Positions 8,704 to 19,585 are shown, counted from the first letter of the stretch. The stretch is DNA of 64,000 bases from Pseudomonadota bacterium (GCA_037142195.1 JBAXBA010000001.1:128001-192000); one strand, 5' to 3'. Program-made: numbers and translations. The notes: generated from the letters alone by a model not told the origin.

Positions 8704-10773
8704 ATGGTTGATTTAGACTCCTTAAATCCCGAGCAACGACTGGGAGTGACCCATTTTGAAGGCCCCACCATGATTTTGGCGGGAGCCGGCACAGGAAAAA
8801 CTCGGGTCATCACCTGCCGCATCGCGTATATGCTTGATGCTGGTGTTGCGCCAGAGACCATAGCCGCAATGACGTTTACAAACAAAGCCGCTCGCGAGAT
8901 GAAAGAACGTATCAGACCCATGGTGGGGAGTGCGCGCGCCAAAAAGCTTTCGATTTCGACATTTCACTCATTTTGTCTGAACATTATTAGAACTTGGCCT
9001 CAGAAAATGGGCCTGGAAAAAGGATTCACACTGGTAGGTACAGGAGACCAACTAGATCTTGTACGCCGCGCTTTAGATGAAAAAGGTTGGTCCGGCCTTT
9101 ACAAGCCCGATGATATATTGGCTCAAATTGGTGCCTGCAAAAACTGGCTGCTCAGCCCCGATGCTGTAAAGCGCGGCGAACTCCCACGCGGCGCCACCAT
9201 TGATGACCCTGCCCTTCTTGGGGTTTGTTACGAGCTTTATGAAAGACAGCTGAAGTTAAATCGCGCAATAGACTTTGATGACTGCATTTTAAAAGTCATT
9301 TTCGCCCTAAAAGAGCATGAAGATTTTAGGTTAAAACTGCTTGAGAAATACCAATACCTTCTTGTCGATGAATTTCAAGATACCAACTTTGCTCAATTCG
9401 AACTTTTGGAAGCCTTGTCCCACCCGCGCAACAATGTCTGTGTCGTAGGAGATGACGATCAGTCCATTTATTCTTGGCGAGGCGCAATGTATGAAACCCT
9501 AGAAAAGTTTCAAAGCGTGTTTCCTGGAACCAAGATGATTAAGCTCGAACAAAATTATCGCTGTACCAATGTCATCTTGAATGCCGCAAACTCTGTCATC
9601 AAAAACAACTCACGCCGGATGGATAAAACTCTTTGGTCTGCATCCACTGGCAGTATGCCCATCGATGTGGTGCCCCACGAAGATGCCGTCGATGAGGCGC
9701 GCTGGACAGCGCAAAAGATCATCACTTTAATGGGTCAGGGTAAAAAACCCTCGGACATCGCCATACTTTACCGCGCCAACGCCCAGGCAGATCTCATGGA
9801 AAAAGCGCTGCGAGAGGCTTCCATTCCCTATAAAACCTTTGGGGGACAAAGCTTCTTTGAGCGTCAAGAAGTCAAAGACTTTATGGGATACTTGCGCCTC
9901 ATGGCAAGCGCAGAAGACCACCTTGCTTTGTGGAGGGTAATCAATACCCCGCCCCGCGGAATCGGTTTAAAGACACAAGAATGGATCGAGTCTCACGCCA
10001 AAGCTGGAAATACTTCGCCCTACAAAATCATGAAAGATCTACCTGGAACGGAATCTGAACGCCAGTCACAAGCTATTTCCGAATTTGTCTCCACACTGGA
10101 AACATTACGCCAGCTCCCTGTAAACACCCCGGATGATTTGGAAGCTCTAGGCGACGCCATCAATTCTAGCTTTCGACTGGTTGACTACATCAAAGATTCG
10201 TCTAAAAACATCCAGGTTCGAGTTAAAAAACTTGAAAACCTCCGTTCTTTACCTAAATGGTTAAAAAAGGCCGGAGAAGACATGATCGCCGATGAAGGGG
10301 TTATTAACGGACATCGTTTATTAGACCGCCTTACCCTGCAAGACTCTACTTATGAAAAAGAAGACTCCGAAGGCCATCAATCAAATTATGTTTCCCTGAT
10401 GACGATTCATGCCTCGAAAGGACTCGAATTTCCGGTGGTTTTCCTTTGTGGTCTAGAGGATGGGCTTCTTCCCCACAAAAATTCTATTTTAAACTTCGAG
10501 TCCATTGCCGAGGAAAGACGACTCTTTTACGTCGCGATGACTCGTGCTAAAGAAAAACTCTTAATGACTTATGCTCATTTAAGACAGACTGGGTTTCAAA
10601 AAGAGATTCGAACTCCCTCTCGATTTTTAACCGAACTTCCTGAAAACGGTGTTATTTCAGCTTCACTTGTTCAAATATTAGAAGACAAAACGAAAGGCGA
10701 AGCGGACCGCAAAACAAAAACCTTAAGTCGGCTTTCTGCCATAAAAGAATCTTTACAAAAAGGTAGCCTCTAG
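8704..10773 (+). CDS. UvrD/Rep/PcrA superfamily 1A DNA helicase
   Basis: AGAGTGKT, TFTNKAAREMKER, DEFQD, GDDDQSIY, LEQNYR, TIHASKGLEF, EERRLFYVAMTRA. Confidence 0.95.
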   Translation: MVDLDSLNPEQRLGVTHFEGPTMILAGAGTGKTRVITCRIAYMLDAGVAPETIAAMTFTNKAAREMKERIRPMVGSARAKKLSISTFHSFCLNIIRTWPQKMGLEKGFTLVGTGDQLDLVRRALDEKGWSGLYKPDDILAQIGACKNWLLSPDAVKRGELPRGATIDDPALLGVCYELYERQLKLNRAIDFDDCILKVIFALKEHEDFRLKLLEKYQYLLVDEFQDTNFAQFELLEALSHPRNNVCVVGDDDQSIYSWRGAMYETLEKFQSVFPGTKMIKLEQNYRCTNVILNAANSVIKNNSRRMDKTLWSASTGSMPIDVVPHEDAVDEARWTAQKIITLMGQGKKPSDIAILYRANAQADLMEKALREASIPYKTFGGQSFFERQEVKDFMGYLRLMASAEDHLALWRVINTPPRGIGLKTQEWIESHAKAGNTSPYKIMKDLPGTESERQSQAISEFVSTLETLRQLPVNTPDDLEALGDAINSSFRLVDYIKDSSKNIQVRVKKLENLRSLPKWLKKAGEDMIADEGVINGHRLLDRLTLQDSTYEKEDSEGHQSNYVSLMTIHASKGLEFPVVFLCGLEDGLLPHKNSILNFESIAEERRLFYVAMTRAKEKLLMTYAHLRQTGFQKEIRTPSRFLTELPENGVISASLVQILEDKTKGEADRKTKTLSRLSAIKESLQKGSL

Positions 10774-10917
10774 CACTCGCACCAAATGGATTCTTAAGCC
10801 TCCAGCCCATGAAAAGAAGAGGCTATGGAACTGTAAGTCTACTGACTGATTCGAATCTAAAAAAAAGTTATGGGGCCCAGGTAAAAGGAGTCGAACAAAG
10901 TGCTATTTATCGGCCAT

Positions 10918-11787
10918 TCAAACGTCAAGTGTGCCTTTTTCCTTAACAAAAGCCTTCAACTTTTCAATAATTCTTGCTTCTATCTGGCGGGCTCTTTCTC
11001 TCGTGATCCCAAACCTGGTGCCGATGTCTTGCAAGGTCAAGGGCTCCTCGGAGGTCAATCTCAGATCGAATAGCTCTTGATCACGGCCTTTAAGGGAGTC
11101 TCTAAATTCCACTAAGTATCCAGAAAAAAGGACTTTTACTTGTTGGTCAGCAAGGTAGTCTTCGATGGTTTCTTGATCATCAGTCAACAAATCTGCTCGT
11201 GTACTATTAGAATCCACATCAAGGGGCGCGTCCAAGGAAACATCGCGGGAGGCCAACCGTTTTTGCATTTCAATCACGTCTTTTTCTGGAACTTTGAGAC
11301 TGGAGGCTAAAAGCTTAGAGTCTACTTTTTCATATTCTAAAAGGAGTCTTTCTGTTTCCTTTCGTAAGTTATAAAAAAGCTTTCTTTGGGCGGCAGTTGT
11401 AGCAATTTTAACCTGGCCATTATTATCCAGTAAGTATTTCAAAATATAAGCCTTAATCCACCACGCGCCGTAAGAGGAAAGCCTTACGCCTTTGTAAGGG
11501 TTATATTTTTTGACCGCCTGCATCAGGCCATAGTTGCCTTCTTGAACCAAGTCTAAGAGATTGGACTGGGCTTTGCGAAACTCGTTGGCAATTTTTACCA
11601 CCAGGCGAAGGTTTGAAGTGATCAGGCGATGAGCTGCTGCCACATCTCCCTCATCAAAATGTCTCTTGGCGAGTTCTAACTCTTCTTCTGGCTCAAGTAG
11701 GGGATATTTGGAAATTTCCTGTAGATATAGTTGCAGCGGTGTTAAACTACTTAAACTTTTAGAGCCGATTGTTGTAAGCTTGGTCAC
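10918..11787 (-). CDS. rpoH: RpoH (sigma-32)-family RNA polymerase sigma factor
   Basis: NLRLVVKIA, DLVQEGN.GLM.AV, RpoH box QRKLFYNLRK, region 4 TLQDIG.RFGITRERARQIE. Confidence 0.88.
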   Translation of the reverse strand: MTKLTTIGSKSLSSLTPLQLYLQEISKYPLLEPEEELELAKRHFDEGDVAAAHRLITSNLRLVVKIANEFRKAQSNLLDLVQEGNYGLMQAVKKYNPYKGVRLSSYGAWWIKAYILKYLLDNNGQVKIATTAAQRKLFYNLRKETERLLLEYEKVDSKLLASSLKVPEKDVIEMQKRLASRDVSLDAPLDVDSNSTRADLLTDDQETIEDYLADQQVKVLFSGYLVEFRDSLKGRDQELFDLRLTSEEPLTLQDIGTRFGITRERARQIEARIIEKLKAFVKEKGTLDV

Positions 11788-11858
11788 GGCTTATATCCCA
11801 TGAAAGGTTAAGGCTCACGTAGAATACGCGCTCTTTTAACAAAATAAAGGAAAAAATC

Positions 11859-12791
11859 TTGGCAGGAATTGGTATCATCTCCAACCCCCACTCAAAACTG
11901 AACAAAAAGAACCCCGAGCGCCATAACTATCTCAGTTATATCGCTGGTAAAGAGGGTTTTGTTGCGGTGACAAAAAGCCTGGAAGACCTGGAAAAAGTAG
12001 CCTCCGATTTTAAGGAATCTGATGTCAAAATTATTGCCATTAATGGCGGTGACGGAACTATAGCCCACACCTTAACGGCCATAATAAGGACCTGGAAAGG
12101 CTCCCCGCTGCCTAAAATAGCCATCCTTCGCGGCGGCACCATCAATGTTTTGGCGCAAAACCTCGGGATCCGCGGGAGTCCAGAAGAAATCCTATTTCGG
12201 CTCATTGAGGGATATTCTCGGGGCGCACTGACGCAATCCACAAAACGCTATTGCATACATGTCAATGGAGTCTATGGTTTTTTGTTTGCAAATGGTGCTT
12301 GTGCCAACTTTTTAGAAGAGTTCTATAAAAATAAATCTGGCAAATTAGGTTCCATTTTTCTTTTACTAAAAGTCTTTTTTTCAAGATTATTTGATAAAGA
12401 GTTTTTTAATAGAATTGCTTCTATTGTTAAAACAGAGGTAAGGAATAATGACAAAATCCTTATGCATGAGCATGGAGCTATTTCCACATTGGCGGCTACC
12501 ATTACCCATATGCCACTAGGACCAAAGCTTTTTCCAAAAGCCGGCAAAGAAGGGGAAGAAATTCAATGTATTTCTTATGTTTGCTCATCTGACAGGATTC
12601 TTTTTCCAGTAATTAAAGATGTTCTATTATCCCCAAATCGCCCAACAGATGTTAAAATATCTTCAAGCGGCCGAAGTCTGACCATCGTGACTTCTCAACC
12701 AGTTAAGTACTCACTTGATGGTGAATTGTATCCAAGTAGCGAAAAAGTCACTCTTGAGCTGGGGCCAGAAATTGAGTTTGTACTTATCTAA
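11859..12791 (+). CDS. Diacylglycerol/lipid kinase family protein (DAGK catalytic domain)
   Basis: ISNPHS, GGDGT, GGTINVLA, C-terminal LDGE motif. Confidence 0.85.
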   Translation: MAGIGIISNPHSKLNKKNPERHNYLSYIAGKEGFVAVTKSLEDLEKVASDFKESDVKIIAINGGDGTIAHTLTAIIRTWKGSPLPKIAILRGGTINVLAQNLGIRGSPEEILFRLIEGYSRGALTQSTKRYCIHVNGVYGFLFANGACANFLEEFYKNKSGKLGSIFLLLKVFFSRLFDKEFFNRIASIVKTEVRNNDKILMHEHGAISTLAATITHMPLGPKLFPKAGKEGEEIQCISYVCSSDRILFPVIKDVLLSPNRPTDVKISSSGRSLTIVTSQPVKYSLDGELYPSSEKVTLELGPEIEFVLI

Positions 12792-12813
12792 AAACAAAAG
12801 TAACGCGGGTTAT

Positions 12814-13869
12814 ATGAACTCAATACGCGGCAGTTTAGATGTCACTCCAGAATTGCTTTCTAGTCTTGCTGATGTCCTAGCTATGACGAGCCCAAAGATT
12901 TCTTATCTTGCAGGCGATGGCAGCGATCGTTCCTATTATAGAGTTGCAGATGCTAGTGGGCTTGGAAAAGCCGTTTTGATGTATTTGTCTGAGAGCGATG
13001 CCAAGCTGCTCGCCTTTGGTCGTTATGATTGGACTCATATTAGAAAGACTTTCGACTCAGCAAGGCTTCCTGTACCTCAAATTTTAGCTAAAATGCCTGA
13101 AAAGCGTCTACTTATTATAGAAGACTGTGGCGATGAGACCTTAGAGATGGCCGTAAGAAATGCCCCTACGGCCCATGAGCGAATTGCCTCCTATCAGACC
13201 CCTTTAGAGCACATTGCCCAAATGCTTCAAATTTCTCCCCAACTCGACGAGGTTTGGAGCTCAAGATCCTTTGATTATGAAAAACTTCATTTTGAACTGA
13301 TGTTTTTTACTGAGCACTATGTTGTGGGCTTTATGAAAAAAGCCGGGCTTTCCGAAATAGACTTCCAAGCTTTGATGGCCGATTGCTCGAGTTTGGCACA
13401 GTGGCTTGCCTCAAAAAGCAAATACCTCACTCATCGCGACTATCACTCGAGAAATATCCTTGTAGACAAAGGTCGTTATACCCTTATTGACTTCCAAGAT
13501 GCGCGCGTCGGATCTGCCTCCTACGATATGGTGTCGCTGGTCTTTGATCCCTATGTGGCCCTAAGCCTTAAAGAGCGTCAGACTTTGCTCGAACAGGGCC
13601 TGGAAATCGTGGGCAAACATTCTGAAACAGCTCGACTTGACTTGTTAGAGTCTTGGAAGCCTAGCGCTCTTCAGCGTCTCATAAAAGCATTGGGCTCGTT
13701 TGCTTATTTGACTCAAGTCAAAAACCGTGGCGACTATCTAAGTTATGCGCCGAGAACAGTCTCTTTGCTTAAACAACTCTCAATTGAAGATGCGCGTTGG
13801 CCTTTTTTATCTGGCCGATTCATAGAGTGCGTAGAGTCCCATCTGTCAGCGCTGGATTCAAATGACTAG
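12814..13869 (+). CDS. amgK: Anomeric MurNAc/GlcNAc kinase AmgK (APH-like phosphotransferase)
   Basis: LAGDGSDRSYYR, EDCGD, HRDYHSRN, IDFQDA..G...YD.VSL; overlaps a nucleotidyltransferase gene; start taken at MNSIRG (ORF track 12715). Confidence 0.85.
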   Translation: MNSIRGSLDVTPELLSSLADVLAMTSPKISYLAGDGSDRSYYRVADASGLGKAVLMYLSESDAKLLAFGRYDWTHIRKTFDSARLPVPQILAKMPEKRLLIIEDCGDETLEMAVRNAPTAHERIASYQTPLEHIAQMLQISPQLDEVWSSRSFDYEKLHFELMFFTEHYVVGFMKKAGLSEIDFQALMADCSSLAQWLASKSKYLTHRDYHSRNILVDKGRYTLIDFQDARVGSASYDMVSLVFDPYVALSLKERQTLLEQGLEIVGKHSETARLDLLESWKPSALQRLIKALGSFAYLTQVKNRGDYLSYAPRTVSLLKQLSIEDARWPFLSGRFIECVESHLSALDSND

Positions 13870-14881
13870 AGACCTTGCTGGGATCATTTTGGCTGCGGGG
13901 CTCGGCACTCGCCTAAGGCCTATTTCTGGGGGCGTTCCTAAGCCCTTGGTTCCTTTTTTTTCTCTGCCTCTTTTAGAGTTTGTCTTTAAAAAATTCGCTT
14001 TGGCGGGAATTTCCGATGTGGGACTCAATACCCATTTTTTACCAGAGAAGATCGAGGAGTATCTTAAGACCTTTAACCATGGTGATGTCTTTTTATCCAA
14101 AGAAACTCCTGAGATTCTTGGAACCGGTGGTGCCTACTATGGCTTTAAACCTTGGGTAAAGAACCGAACTACCGTAGTCTGCAATGGCGATGTGCTCACA
14201 TCTGCAGATCTTGGCGCCATTGTGGATCATCATTTTAGTACAGATGCCTTTGTCACTATGGGTGTGCGTCATCAACCCCATGACACGGGGTCCCAAATTT
14301 GGGTAGACAAGGGCTTAGTCGTGCATATTGGGCCTAACAACGCAGGGTTTACTCACGCTAGTCCCCATGGATTTAACTGTATTCGCGTACTAAATCGTGA
14401 TTTTTTTGATCAAATTCCAAAACCTGAGTACTCAGAGTTTGTACCGATCATCTTGCGACTGATCAAAGAAGGAAAAAAGATTGTCGCCTTTGAACAGCCT
14501 GGAGACTGGTTTGACTTAGGAACCCCTGAAGACTATTTTAAAGCCCATCAGCATGTACTTCGGGAATGGTCAGCGGGAAGAGATCCTTTTTTAGTCATGA
14601 AAACACTTCAGGATCTGGGTCGGCCATTTACATTCATTCCTGCTGAGGAAACAGCAGTATTTTCAAGCTCTAAAATTGTTGGTCCCAGCTTTATGGCCCT
14701 GGATCTTGAGGGACTCAAAGGCAATTCTATTGGCCCAAATGTGGTGATTTCTAGGGGAATTTCTCTCGGTGAGGGCTGTCGTATTCAATCGTCTGTTGTA
14801 AACGAGGGCTGTAACATCAAAGATGACCTTACACTAAGCATTATCGGTCAGGACTATTCTATTTCGGCACAGACTCTCTAA
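13862..14881 (+). CDS. murU: Sugar-1-phosphate nucleotidyltransferase, probable MurNAc-1-P uridylyltransferase MurU
   Basis: ILAAGLGTRLRP..PKPL, LGTGG, NGD, WFDLGTP; overlapping amgK; extra C-terminal hexapeptide-like segment. Confidence 0.75.
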   Translation: MTRDLAGIILAAGLGTRLRPISGGVPKPLVPFFSLPLLEFVFKKFALAGISDVGLNTHFLPEKIEEYLKTFNHGDVFLSKETPEILGTGGAYYGFKPWVKNRTTVVCNGDVLTSADLGAIVDHHFSTDAFVTMGVRHQPHDTGSQIWVDKGLVVHIGPNNAGFTHASPHGFNCIRVLNRDFFDQIPKPEYSEFVPIILRLIKEGKKIVAFEQPGDWFDLGTPEDYFKAHQHVLREWSAGRDPFLVMKTLQDLGRPFTFIPAEETAVFSSSKIVGPSFMALDLEGLKGNSIGPNVVISRGISLGEGCRIQSSVVNEGCNIKDDLTLSIIGQDYSISAQTL

Positions 14882-15097
14882 CTCTTTTCATCTCTTAATA
14901 TTTCTCTTGTCCCTGGGCTTCCATGCTGAGGATAGATTAGATTTATTTAGACCCCATATTTTTTTTCCATATAATCTTCAACGAATGTGTTGATGATTTT
15001 TTGGAAAGAAAACAGAAACCTCAACTAATCTCTTCTTGTCACCAGATCTTTTTAGCCTAAAACTCAAATCGAAACGGTTCTGAATGAAATAACCTAA

Positions 15098-16138
15098 TTA
15101 AACTTTGTCATTTGCCGCATGATGGCTTGTTACATAGGAAACATTTGATTTACTTGCATGTACTGTGTTGCTGTGATGGGAATCTAATTCTAAATCATGG
15201 TTGTCACTGGCTACTTTGTTTTGCTTGATAATGCTGGGGATGGTTTTGTTGGTTGCTGACATTTTTGGGTAGTTGACATAGTAAATCACGCCACCTTCTG
15301 TTAATGCTTCAGGATCTTGCACTTGTTCGTTTTCACGCCAAATCGCGCGCCACTTAGAAGACGTTCCATAGACTTTCATAGAAATCTTGGCGAGCGTGTC
15401 GCCTTTTACGACCTGGACCGAAGAGCGGCCTAGAGCCTCATAGCTTGATGCAAATGCAGAAGTCTCAGGTGATAACTGATAGTAAATAACTTCACCTGGA
15501 TAGATCTTGTTGGGATCTGATAGACCCGCAAGGCTTGCGAGATCCTTCCACATTTTGGCGTTGCCGTAGACTTTTTCAGAAATCTTAGCAAGTGTGTCGC
15601 CCTTTTCCACGATGTAGGACAATTTAGTGCCCATTTCCGGAAGGCCCGGCATGGAGGACACTTGAGGAGCTGCGCTCGGCGCTACTGCATTCTCTACTGG
15701 CGCTTGAGCCTGTTCAGGGGCTGCAACCTGAGAAACTGCGTTTTCTGTTGCCACGGGAGCAGAAACTTCTGCACTTTGCGCCGGCGCTTCTGCAGCTGCG
15801 CCAGCATCTGCAACAGGCTGCTCTGCTTGCGCGCTTGCGTCCCCAGCAGCGTTTGCACTGCTGACATCGTCAATGAGCGAGGCAAGTCCTTGCTCACCTG
15901 CTGGCGCTTCATTTACTTGAGCATTTGCCAAAGCTCCATTTTCACCGGAGGCTTGGTTTGCTCCTTGATCTGCTGCCGCACTTTCATTGTCTGACGCCCC
16001 ATTCGTCGCCTCTTGAGACTGGTCTGCCTCAATGGTTTCTTGCTGCGAATCAGAGCTTGAAGAACAAGCTCCTCCCGCTAGCCCGAGAATGAACGTCAGA
16101 AGCAAGCTGCGGCTTTTTTTGCCCCACCTAAAAATCAT
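15098..16138 (-). CDS. Lipoprotein with Ala/Glu/Gln-rich linker and two LysM domains
   Basis: AAGGAGG RBS before ATG 16138; lipobox LAGGA-C; YIVEKGDTLAKIS..VYG and VQVVKGDTLAKIS..VYG LysM repeats. Confidence 0.88.
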   Translation of the reverse strand: MIFRWGKKSRSLLLTFILGLAGGACSSSSDSQQETIEADQSQEATNGASDNESAAADQGANQASGENGALANAQVNEAPAGEQGLASLIDDVSSANAAGDASAQAEQPVADAGAAAEAPAQSAEVSAPVATENAVSQVAAPEQAQAPVENAVAPSAAPQVSSMPGLPEMGTKLSYIVEKGDTLAKISEKVYGNAKMWKDLASLAGLSDPNKIYPGEVIYYQLSPETSAFASSYEALGRSSVQVVKGDTLAKISMKVYGTSSKWRAIWRENEQVQDPEALTEGGVIYYVNYPKMSATNKTIPSIIKQNKVASDNHDLELDSHHSNTVHASKSNVSYVTSHHAANDKV

Positions 16139-16561
16139 GCTTCCTCCTTTCAAGGAATATAGTTCCCCCACCTTTCGGGAGAAAAATATTTTTCTTGAGT
16201 ACATTAAATCGCATATTTGGAAGAACTTAGCAGGGCAATAAAGGGACTTTACAACTTAGTCACTCCCTATTCAAAGGCCGTAAAACTTGAAATTGTCGGC
16301 GTGTTTTCAATATTGTCGAGCCTTTGTTTGCTTTTTTTTGGGCCCTTGCTTAGACACAGCCCTTAAAAGAACTGTCCTATGAAACCACAAGGAAATAGGA
16401 TCTTTCTTTTAAAATTCTATAATTCTAATGTCTAGGTATTTTATTCTCGTAAAGCTTCCGAAAGTTCCAATAGAACTCGTATAATTTCCTTTAAAGTCCT
16501 AGAATAGTGTTACAAACTATTCTTAGGTTTGTGTCATTAGCCGAGAGATTGGGGCCTAGAA

Positions 16562-17518
16562 ATGCACTTTAAGCATACGACCGTTTTACTACATGAGACT
16601 GTTGTTGGGGTTAGGCCCCAAGATGGTGAAATTTATGTCGACTGTACCGCTGGAGGGGGTGGCCATACAGCCCTTTTACTTGAGCTATCTGCCCCCCGTG
16701 GTCGAGTGATTGCCTTTGACCGTGATCCCTACGCCTGTGCCCACCTCAAATCACGGTTTGAAAATGAGCTAAAAAGTGGTCGTCTGATCTTGAAACATGG
16801 ACCCTTCTCCGATTTAAAGCCCGCTTTGTCAGAACTCGGTCTTTTAGGGAAAATCTCGGGCATCATTGCGGACATCGGGGTGTCTAGCCCCCAAATAGAT
16901 GACGCTGAAAGAGGGTTTTCCTTTATGAACAATGGTCCCCTCGACATGAGAATGTCGGGAGAGGGACTTTCTGCTGCAGACGTAGTAAATGGCGAGAGTG
17001 AGTTTGAACTTGCACGCATATTTTATGAACTCGGCGAAGAAGTTAAGTCTCGACAGATTGCTCGGGCTATCGTTGCTTCGCGCGAAGCAAGGCCCTTTCT
17101 TGAGACCAAACAGCTTGCAGATTTTGTCAAATCGGTTGCTAGATGGCACACCGATTCAAAAAAGCACGCCGCAACCAAAGTCTTTCAGGCTTTAAGAATC
17201 CATGTAAACCAGGAACTTGGTGAGCTCTCGACCCTTGTCCACGATGCTTTAGACTTGCTCAGACCTGAGGGGCGACTCGCTATCATTTCTTTTCACTCTC
17301 TGGAAGATCGTATTATTAAGCACGAGTTTCAAAAACTTGCTGGTCGAAGACGAGAAAAAGACCTTCCTAAAGAACTTGCTGCTATAATCAATCAGCAAAA
17401 TCAGAGCACTAAAGCAGAAATTATCAAGCCCTTTCCCATCCTTCCCAGTGAAGCAGAGGTGAAGGAAAACTACAGGTCTCGAAGCGCAAAACTTAGGATT
17501 TTGGAGAAACATTTATGA
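16562..17518 (+). CDS. rsmH: 16S rRNA m4C1402 methyltransferase RsmH (MraW)
   Basis: HTTVLL.E, DCTAGGGGH, DIGVSSPQID.AERGFSF...GPLDMRM, FQALRIHVN.EL, SFHSLEDR, RSRSAKLR. Confidence 0.97.
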   Translation: MHFKHTTVLLHETVVGVRPQDGEIYVDCTAGGGGHTALLLELSAPRGRVIAFDRDPYACAHLKSRFENELKSGRLILKHGPFSDLKPALSELGLLGKISGIIADIGVSSPQIDDAERGFSFMNNGPLDMRMSGEGLSAADVVNGESEFELARIFYELGEEVKSRQIARAIVASREARPFLETKQLADFVKSVARWHTDSKKHAATKVFQALRIHVNQELGELSTLVHDALDLLRPEGRLAIISFHSLEDRIIKHEFQKLAGRRREKDLPKELAAIINQQNQSTKAEIIKPFPILPSEAEVKENYRSRSAKLRILEKHL

Positions 17519-17775
17519 AATGGATTCTTTATCTCTCTGACAGACTTCTTTTTATAGCCTTGCTTTTATGTTTTCTAATAGCCGGTCTCCGCATTCATTT
17601 AGGTGTGGAGTCGACTGTGGTTGGATATCAGCTGGGAAGACTAAAAGAAAGCGAAGCAGCCCTTCTAGAAAAACGCAGTCAGCTCCTTATGCAATATTCG
17701 AAGATGACCACTAAACCCGCATTGGCAAGGTATTCCGAGGCAAGTGCGGGAGATCGGCCCGGGGGGAGGTTATAG
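17515..17775 (+). CDS. ftsL: Probable cell division protein FtsL
   Basis: Position between rsmH and ftsI with overlapping stop/start; single TM helix followed by heptad coiled coil. Confidence 0.65.
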   Translation: MKWILYLSDRLLFIALLLCFLIAGLRIHLGVESTVVGYQLGRLKESEAALLEKRSQLLMQYSKMTTKPALARYSEASAGDRPGGRL

Positions 17776-19583
17776 TGATTGTCAAACTTTTTGGGAAAGT
17801 TTTCTTATTTTTACGTCCGAAAAGGATGCGAAATGTAGATCAGAAGTTTCATGATGGACCAGCCAAATTCGTACAGGGTCTCGTTTTCGTTCTTTTTGGA
17901 ATTGCCGCTGTTCGCGCCGTTTTTGTGCATCTCTATCCTGCTGGGGAAGAACACTTAGAGGCGATTGCCAGTAAGCAATACCATAAGCCCATTGAACTGG
18001 GTAACTATCGCGGAACGATCTATGACCGCAGACACATCCCCCTTGCGATTTCCACAAAAGTGCCGTCTCTTGCGATTAATCCTAAACTTTTTGACCCAAG
18101 CCCCAAGGATCTCGCTCGTTTAGGAGCTCTACTTGGCATTCCGACAGCAAAGCTTCAGGAACTAAATCATAAAAATAGCTATTTCTCTTGGCTTGCACGC
18201 AAAGTCGATCCCACTGTCTCAGATAAGGTTTTAGCTTTAGGGCTTGCTGGGTTGTATCAGGTTTCAGAATCCTCAAGATATTACCCCTATGGTCCCTCTC
18301 TCGCCCATTTGCTTGGAAACTTAGGTCCCGAAGAATCGGGAGCCAGCGGTATTGAAAAACGATTAGAAAAAGATCTTGCGGGCTTAAAGAGTTCCATTGA
18401 GCCAGTAAAAGATGGCCGCGGACAATTGATCTTTCAAGACTCCCGAACTGCTTCCCCCGAAAAAAGCGGCCACAATGTGGAGCTCACCATTGATGCGGCG
18501 ATTCAAGACATCGTTTTTGACTCTCTGAAAAAAGGCGTCCTTGATGCGGAGGCAAAGGGAGGCTTTGCTATCGTTGTGGAGCCCTATACCGGGGCTATCT
18601 TAGGTATGTCAAGCTGGCCCACTTATGACCCCAATCGTAAGCAAGAAATCGCGACTGCTCCTCGTCATGCAGCGCTCTCGGACCTATTTGAGCCGGGTTC
18701 CATTATGAAGCCCTTTGTCATTGCGCGTGCTCTTGATCAGAAGCTCACAACACCGGAAGAAAAGCATAATTGTGAAGGTTCTGGCGTTCTGCGAATAGGA
18801 TCTAGCGCGTCCATTCGGGATGATCACCCAAAAGCAGTTATGACGACTTCCGAAGTGATCATTCACTCTTCCAACATCTGCACCTACAAAATAGCTCAAA
18901 GAATCGGTATGAAGGGGCTTTTTGACCTCTACAAGGAATTGGGCTTTGCTCCTTTAGAACCTGTGCTAGACCTCCCTGAATCCCAACGGGGGCGCTTGGC
19001 CAATTGGCAGAAATGGCTGCCCATCCGTTTTGCCAATCTTTCTTTTGGGCAAGGTATTTCTGTTACCGCGCTAGAAATTTTAAAAGGATACACGGCCTTC
19101 GCAAACGGGGGAAACGTCGTCTCACCTTACGTCATCAAACGTATCTATAACGGCGACGGAAAGGATCTTTATCTGCACTCTGATGCGGACAGTCACCGAA
19201 TGTTTACGAAAGAGACCGTCAATTCTGTTCGCAGCATGCTTCAAAACGTTGTAAACGAGGGAACCGCTACTCGCGCTAAAAGTGATCTCTATACTTTTGG
19301 AGGCAAGACGGGTACTTCTGAGAAATATGATACGCAAATCAAGGACTACTCTCCCACCAAGCGAGTGGCGAGCTTTGTGGCCTTTGCTCCTGTTTCTGAC
19401 CCCAAGCTGCTCGCTTTTGTTGTCATTGATGAGCCAGGATTAAAACCTTACTACGGAGGCAGGTGGGCTGCGCCTGTGCTTAAGGATATTGTGGAAAGAA
19501 GTTTGAAATATATGAGTATTCCCGCAGATAAAGAACCCCCTGTCTTAAGCCAGGGGAATCATAAAACACCACAAAAAGGATAG
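17775..19583 (+). CDS. ftsI: Class B penicillin-binding protein FtsI (PBP3)
   Basis: RGTIYDR, RYYPYG, G.SGIE, LTIDAAIQ, EPGSIMK (SxxK), SSN, KTGT. Confidence 0.95.
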   Translation: MIVKLFGKVFLFLRPKRMRNVDQKFHDGPAKFVQGLVFVLFGIAAVRAVFVHLYPAGEEHLEAIASKQYHKPIELGNYRGTIYDRRHIPLAISTKVPSLAINPKLFDPSPKDLARLGALLGIPTAKLQELNHKNSYFSWLARKVDPTVSDKVLALGLAGLYQVSESSRYYPYGPSLAHLLGNLGPEESGASGIEKRLEKDLAGLKSSIEPVKDGRGQLIFQDSRTASPEKSGHNVELTIDAAIQDIVFDSLKKGVLDAEAKGGFAIVVEPYTGAILGMSSWPTYDPNRKQEIATAPRHAALSDLFEPGSIMKPFVIARALDQKLTTPEEKHNCEGSGVLRIGSSASIRDDHPKAVMTTSEVIIHSSNICTYKIAQRIGMKGLFDLYKELGFAPLEPVLDLPESQRGRLANWQKWLPIRFANLSFGQGISVTALEILKGYTAFANGGNVVSPYVIKRIYNGDGKDLYLHSDADSHRMFTKETVNSVRSMLQNVVNEGTATRAKSDLYTFGGKTGTSEKYDTQIKDYSPTKRVASFVAFAPVSDPKLLAFVVIDEPGLKPYYGGRWAAPVLKDIVERSLKYMSIPADKEPPVLSQGNHKTPQKG

Positions 19584-19585
19584 TT

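Noticed and set aside
8704..10773. UvrD helicase as part of an anti-phage defence system
   Set aside because: Housekeeping-type Rep/PcrA sequence with no adjacent nuclease, ATPase or other defence-like partner
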